From: Candidatus Zixiibacteriota bacterium
Lineage (GTDB): Bacteria; Zixibacteria; MSB-5A5; CAIYYT01
DNA length: 19,588 nt
Reading direction: 5' to 3'
Assembly (NCBI GenBank): GCA_040235515.1
Contig: JBECKX010000166.1
Location: forward strand, 1-19,588
A program made the position numbers and the translations under genes. The notes below the pieces were generated by a model that was not told the DNA's origin, searched no databases, and worked only from the letters and a program-made list of their open reading frames with translations. Shown here piece by piece: positions 16,514 through 19,588 of this stretch; the stretch's first letter is position 1, and every line of letters begins with the position of its first letter.

Positions 16514-17248
16514 CTAACGGTCGAGGTCGGTCAGGAAGCCGACCAGTTCTTCCGCGCTGAGGCGATAGGAGTCTTCCGCCATCTCGATCTCGAACTTGTT
16601 GTCGGGAATCTCTTTGTTAAACTCGTACTTGCGGAATTCGTAGACGCTGCGGAAGCGCTCGTCGCGGGATTTGATTTCGAGGCGCTTCAATTCGATGTAG
16701 GGAAACTCATCGGTATCTGAATCGAACTTGAGTATCGACTCGAAGCGGTGCACTTTATCGATCTGGGTCAACGTGAAACTCTCTCCCTGCCGCTTGAGGT
16801 GGAAATCCCACAGAGAGTCGGAGGGAATCTCCAGAGAACCTCTGAACAATGTTCGTACCGCGCTGAGTATATGATCGGAGCCGCGCATGGCGTCGATCGC
16901 CAGATCTTCGAAAGTACCGAGAAAATACTCCCGCGAATCGGTGAAGTAGAAGAGCAGGCTATCGCGCCGGGCTACTGCTTTGAAGGCGGACTTACCGAGG
17001 AAACCACGCACATAGAGGGAGAGTTGATCGGGATTCCGACTGAAAATCTCGGTGCGGAAATCATCAAGTTTGCCGTCGCGCGATGCCTTGACACGCAACA
17101 AGGCAGCATAGCTGGTCAATTCCCCTTCCTGCTTGTCAATCAGTGATTGAAGATAGCGGATATCCTCGGGGCGATTCGTGAAGGTGCCGGGGGTAGCGCA
17201 CGACAGGAGGAATGCTGCGGCAACAGCAATGAGTAATCTGCCGTGCAA
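16514..17248 (-). CDS. Lipoprotein of unknown function (possible LolA/LolB/DUF4292-like beta-rich fold)
   Basis: Signal peptide II MHGRLLIAVAAAFLLS-C, followed by a mature part with alternating hydrophobic beta-strand patterns ending IPDNKFEI. TTG start 2 nt after the M50 stop. The fold assignment is inference. Confidence 0.7.
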   Translation of the reverse strand: MHGRLLIAVAAAFLLSCATPGTFTNRPEDIRYLQSLIDKQEGELTSYAALLRVKASRDGKLDDFRTEIFSRNPDQLSLYVRGFLGKSAFKAVARRDSLLFYFTDSREYFLGTFEDLAIDAMRGSDHILSAVRTLFRGSLEIPSDSLWDFHLKRQGESFTLTQIDKVHRFESILKFDSDTDEFPYIELKRLEIKSRDERFRSVYEFRKYEFNKEIPDNKFEIEMAEDSYRLSAEELVGFLTDLDR

Positions 17249-17250
17249 TG

Positions 17251-17865
17251 CTATTGTCCTGTGAAGACGGCGACGGAAGTCTTGACAAAGGGGCCGATGA
17301 TCGTCCAGATCGGTGAGATCGGCAACAGAAATCCGGCGGCGATGATTCCGATCAGGATCATCGGGCCGTAGCGTTCAAGACCGTAGGCGATATGCTCATA
17401 GCGCGGCGGCAAGAGCGAGATCAGCACCTTCGAGCCATCGAGTGGCGGCAGCGGAATCATGTTGAAGAACGCAAGGGCGCAGTTGATAAAGATCAGCCAG
17501 TAGACGAAGCGCATCGCGAGGGAGAGGTCGTTGCTCGCCAACCCCAGAATCGGCAACAGGTGAAACAGAACGCTGCCGCAGGCTGCCAGAATGATATTCG
17601 AGATCGGCCCGGCCAGACTCACCCAGAGCATCCCCTTGCGCCAGTCGGTGAAGTTCGCCGGATTCACCGGCACCGGTTTGGCCCAACCGAAACGAAATCC
17701 GGAGAAAACCATCACCAGCAAACCCATCATGTCGATATGCACGATCGGGTTGAGCGACATACGTCCGAGCATACGTGCCGTTGGATCACCGAGTCGATTT
17801 GCAGACCAGGCGTGCGCGAATTCATGCACCGTCAATGAGAAGAGCAGAATCGGCAGCCCGATCAA
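17251..17865 (-). CDS. Site-2 protease, peptidase M50 family (short YwhC-like, no PDZ/CBS)
   Basis: HEFAH zinc motif, LGDPTA, GWAKPVPVN, AGPISN and FNMIPLPPLDG. The start may be ATA 17889 rather than TTG 17865 (see findings). Confidence 0.92.
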   Translation of the reverse strand: MIGLPILLFSLTVHEFAHAWSANRLGDPTARMLGRMSLNPIVHIDMMGLLVMVFSGFRFGWAKPVPVNPANFTDWRKGMLWVSLAGPISNIILAACGSVLFHLLPILGLASNDLSLAMRFVYWLIFINCALAFFNMIPLPPLDGSKVLISLLPPRYEHIAYGLERYGPMILIGIIAAGFLLPISPIWTIIGPFVKTSVAVFTGQ

Positions 17866-17885
17866 TGCTTGTTGCCAATCTATTC

Positions 17886-17921
17886 CTATCTTTCCCGTCC
17901 TCTGTCAGATGGTTTCAGCAT
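17886..17921 (-). other. Candidate 11-codon upstream ORF (MLKPSDRGRER*)
   Basis: ATG 17921 lies 5 nt after a TATACT -10-like box (17932-17927). Its TAG (17888-17886) overlaps an ATA that is in frame with the M50 gene. Confidence 0.3.
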
Positions 17922-17986
17922 TCAAGAGTATAATACGCCATCAATGCCCATTGTTCCGCTAAAATCTGTGGCGTCGCAAGTTGTCA

Positions 17987-18646
17987 TCAGGCGCGGCGCA
18001 GCCCTTTGCGCACCGAGATATGGCGACTGGTGCCATCGAGGAATCGCCACGGCAGTTCGTTGCCCGCCTTGATGCCAATGCGAGTCGAAGTTATAACTTC
18101 GCCCGGGAGCGTACCATCATCGGCGACATGGAACTGATCGCTCTGGAGATCGCGGCAGGTGTCAGCAGTCGTGATTCCGAAGGCCTGGCACAGCTTGCCC
18201 GGCCCATTAGTCAGATTACCCAAATCGTTGGTTCCACGGCGTTTTTTCATGGTATCGAGGCCAGTCAATGGTTCGAGCGCCCTGATCAGAACGGCTGCCG
18301 GAAACCCCGCCGGCTCGGTCACGAAATTGAGCATGTGATACATACCATAGATGAAATACACGTAGACTGACCCACCATCGCCATACATCACCGCGTTGCG
18401 CTCGGTTTTGCCAAAACGCGCGTGACAGGCTGGATCATCTTCACCGATATACGCTTCGGTTTCGACGATCCTGCCGCTGAGACTTGTTCCGTCTCTTTCT
18501 ATTCGTAGAATCTTTCCGAGTAGATCGCGCGCAACATCAAGGGTGGGACGGAGGAAAAACTCGCGCGGCAGCATGGTTGGGGACGTCTTAATACCAACGC
18601 CACCTCTGTCTGACTTTGTCTGCCTTGTGAGTGGCTTAGAGGTCAT
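17987..18646 (-). CDS. mpg: DNA-3-methyladenine glycosylase (MPG/AAG family)
   Basis: GRIVETEAY, YVYFIYGMY, AVLIRALEP, LTNGPGKLC, RIGI and PWRF. Start ATG 18646 (SD GAGGA, overlapping the PHP stop) or ATG 18574. Confidence 0.93.
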   Translation of the reverse strand: MTSKPLTRQTKSDRGGVGIKTSPTMLPREFFLRPTLDVARDLLGKILRIERDGTSLSGRIVETEAYIGEDDPACHARFGKTERNAVMYGDGGSVYVYFIYGMYHMLNFVTEPAGFPAAVLIRALEPLTGLDTMKKRRGTNDLGNLTNGPGKLCQAFGITTADTCRDLQSDQFHVADDGTLPGEVITSTRIGIKAGNELPWRFLDGTSRHISVRKGLRRA

Positions 18647-19475
18647 AGCCTTCCTCTAACCCGCAGGGTAGCAACTCATGCACAAGCGGCAGAGCTGCCT
18701 CGAAGTCGAGCCCGATCTGGTCAGGCGCATGGGCGTCAGAGCCGATCGTGGCGACGCTCACTCCCACTCGACGCGCGGCGTTGAGGATTTGCATTGAAGG
18801 ATAATACTCCCCTAATCCGTGTCGTATTCCGGAGGTATTGATCTCGAGGGCGAGGCCATGCTCCTTCATTTTGTCGAACAGGGAGTCGATGAATGGTTCG
18901 TGTGCGCTGCGAATCGAGTCGCCGTAGGCAGCGATACCATGGCGCTTGTAAACATCCAGGTGTGCCAGGACATTAAAGAGCTCCGATTCGGCGATCTCCT
19001 CAGCCTTTTTGAAGTAGCCCTCGATCCAGGCCTCGATCGGGTGTTCTGCGAAGTAGTCGGGTGCGTATTGGCGTTCAAGAATCGATTGTTCATTGACATC
19101 ATGAACCGAGCCGATCACAAAATCGAGGTCCCAACGAGCCAGGTCTTTCGCGAGTTGGTCATAAAGGCTCTTGTCCCAGCCAATCTCCAAACCGGCAAGA
19201 ACACGCAGACCCGCCGGAAAGAACTCTTCTCCGACCGTGCGGATCTCCTCAATCAGCCGCATAACAGAATCGGAGTTAGCTTCCACCCGCTCCTCGCCGA
19301 ACCTGAAGAATCCCATTCGCTCTTTACGGGAAGGCATTATCTCGTAATGGTTTGTAATTGTCACTTCGTAGAGGCCGCGTTCGAAAGCCGCCTGACAAAT
19401 CTCACGAATTGAGCCGGTGGCATCAACCGAGTGATTCGTGTGTACGTGGCTATCACCCACCGGATAGCGGATCAT
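18636..19475 (-). CDS. PHP-domain histidinol-phosphatase family protein (HisK/HisJ-like)
   Basis: DSHVHT, ITNH, GLEIG, IGSVH, AHLD, EINTSG and GSDAH. ATGA overlap with the upstream gene. Confidence 0.88.
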   Translation of the reverse strand: MIRYPVGDSHVHTNHSVDATGSIREICQAAFERGLYEVTITNHYEIMPSRKERMGFFRFGEERVEANSDSVMRLIEEIRTVGEEFFPAGLRVLAGLEIGWDKSLYDQLAKDLARWDLDFVIGSVHDVNEQSILERQYAPDYFAEHPIEAWIEGYFKKAEEIAESELFNVLAHLDVYKRHGIAAYGDSIRSAHEPFIDSLFDKMKEHGLALEINTSGIRHGLGEYYPSMQILNAARRVGVSVATIGSDAHAPDQIGLDFEAALPLVHELLPCGLEEGYDL

Positions 19476-19588
19476 TGCGCTTCCCTCACGAAGGGATTAG
19501 AGCGTTTCTCCGCGGCTACGGAAGTGGGTTCACCATGACCGGGGTAGATTATCGTATCATCCGGAAGTGAGTAGACCTTGCTCCGAAT
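19472..19588 (-). CDS. MBL-fold metallo-hydrolase (glyoxalase II/YcbL-like), C-terminal fragment only
   Basis: Not in the ORF track. Manual translation gives ...[38 protein letters not shown], where PGHG..T....EK..NPF is the typical C-terminus of this family. Confidence 0.85.
   Translation of the reverse strand: MRSKVYSLPDDTIIYPGHGEPTSVAAEKRSNPFVREAQ

Noticed and set aside
17890..17896. GGGAAAG as a -1 frameshift site fusing the uORF to the M50 protease
   Set aside because: The protease frame is -1 relative to the uORF, but the heptamer is phased G_GGA_AAG in the downstream frame rather than the incoming frame, so canonical tandem slippage does not fit.
17929..17934. Perfect TATAAT on the plus strand (antisense promoter into mpg)
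   Set aside because: There is no matching -35 or TG extension, and it is explained as the reverse face of the minus-strand -10 region.

Overview
GC-rich bacterial chromosomal window, densely coding. The LPS genes and a lipoprotein imply a diderm. The gene styles resemble FCB-group/Zixibacteria-like lineages, but that is inference only. At the left end, a minus-strand tandem-GNAT gene and a truncated CE4 polysaccharide deacetylase are divergent from a plus-strand pair (OPT-family oligopeptide transporter and a GT-C glycosyltransferase fused to TPRs). The rest (19588 to 6002) is one minus-strand run in four apparent units separated by candidate promoters: [MBL hydrolase - PHP/HisK-like phosphatase - MPG glycosylase], [M50 site-2 protease - lipoprotein], [MsbA-like ABC transporter - GT9 - GT2 - GT9] and [Rel/SpoT - Zn-ribbon/TM/TPR protein - ComF - XerD - pseudo-receiver GGDEF]. 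I saw no RNA genes, CRISPR arrays or mobile elements. This is mostly core/envelope genome, and I cannot point to an unambiguous new system. The best leads are regulatory or architectural: a possible leaderless 11-codon uORF coupled through an ATAG overlap to a non-canonical ATA start of the site-2 protease, a recurring leaderless promoter geometry, repeats on the msbA and rel promoters, and a tightly coupled operon linking ppGpp and c-di-GMP enzymes to ComF and XerD.
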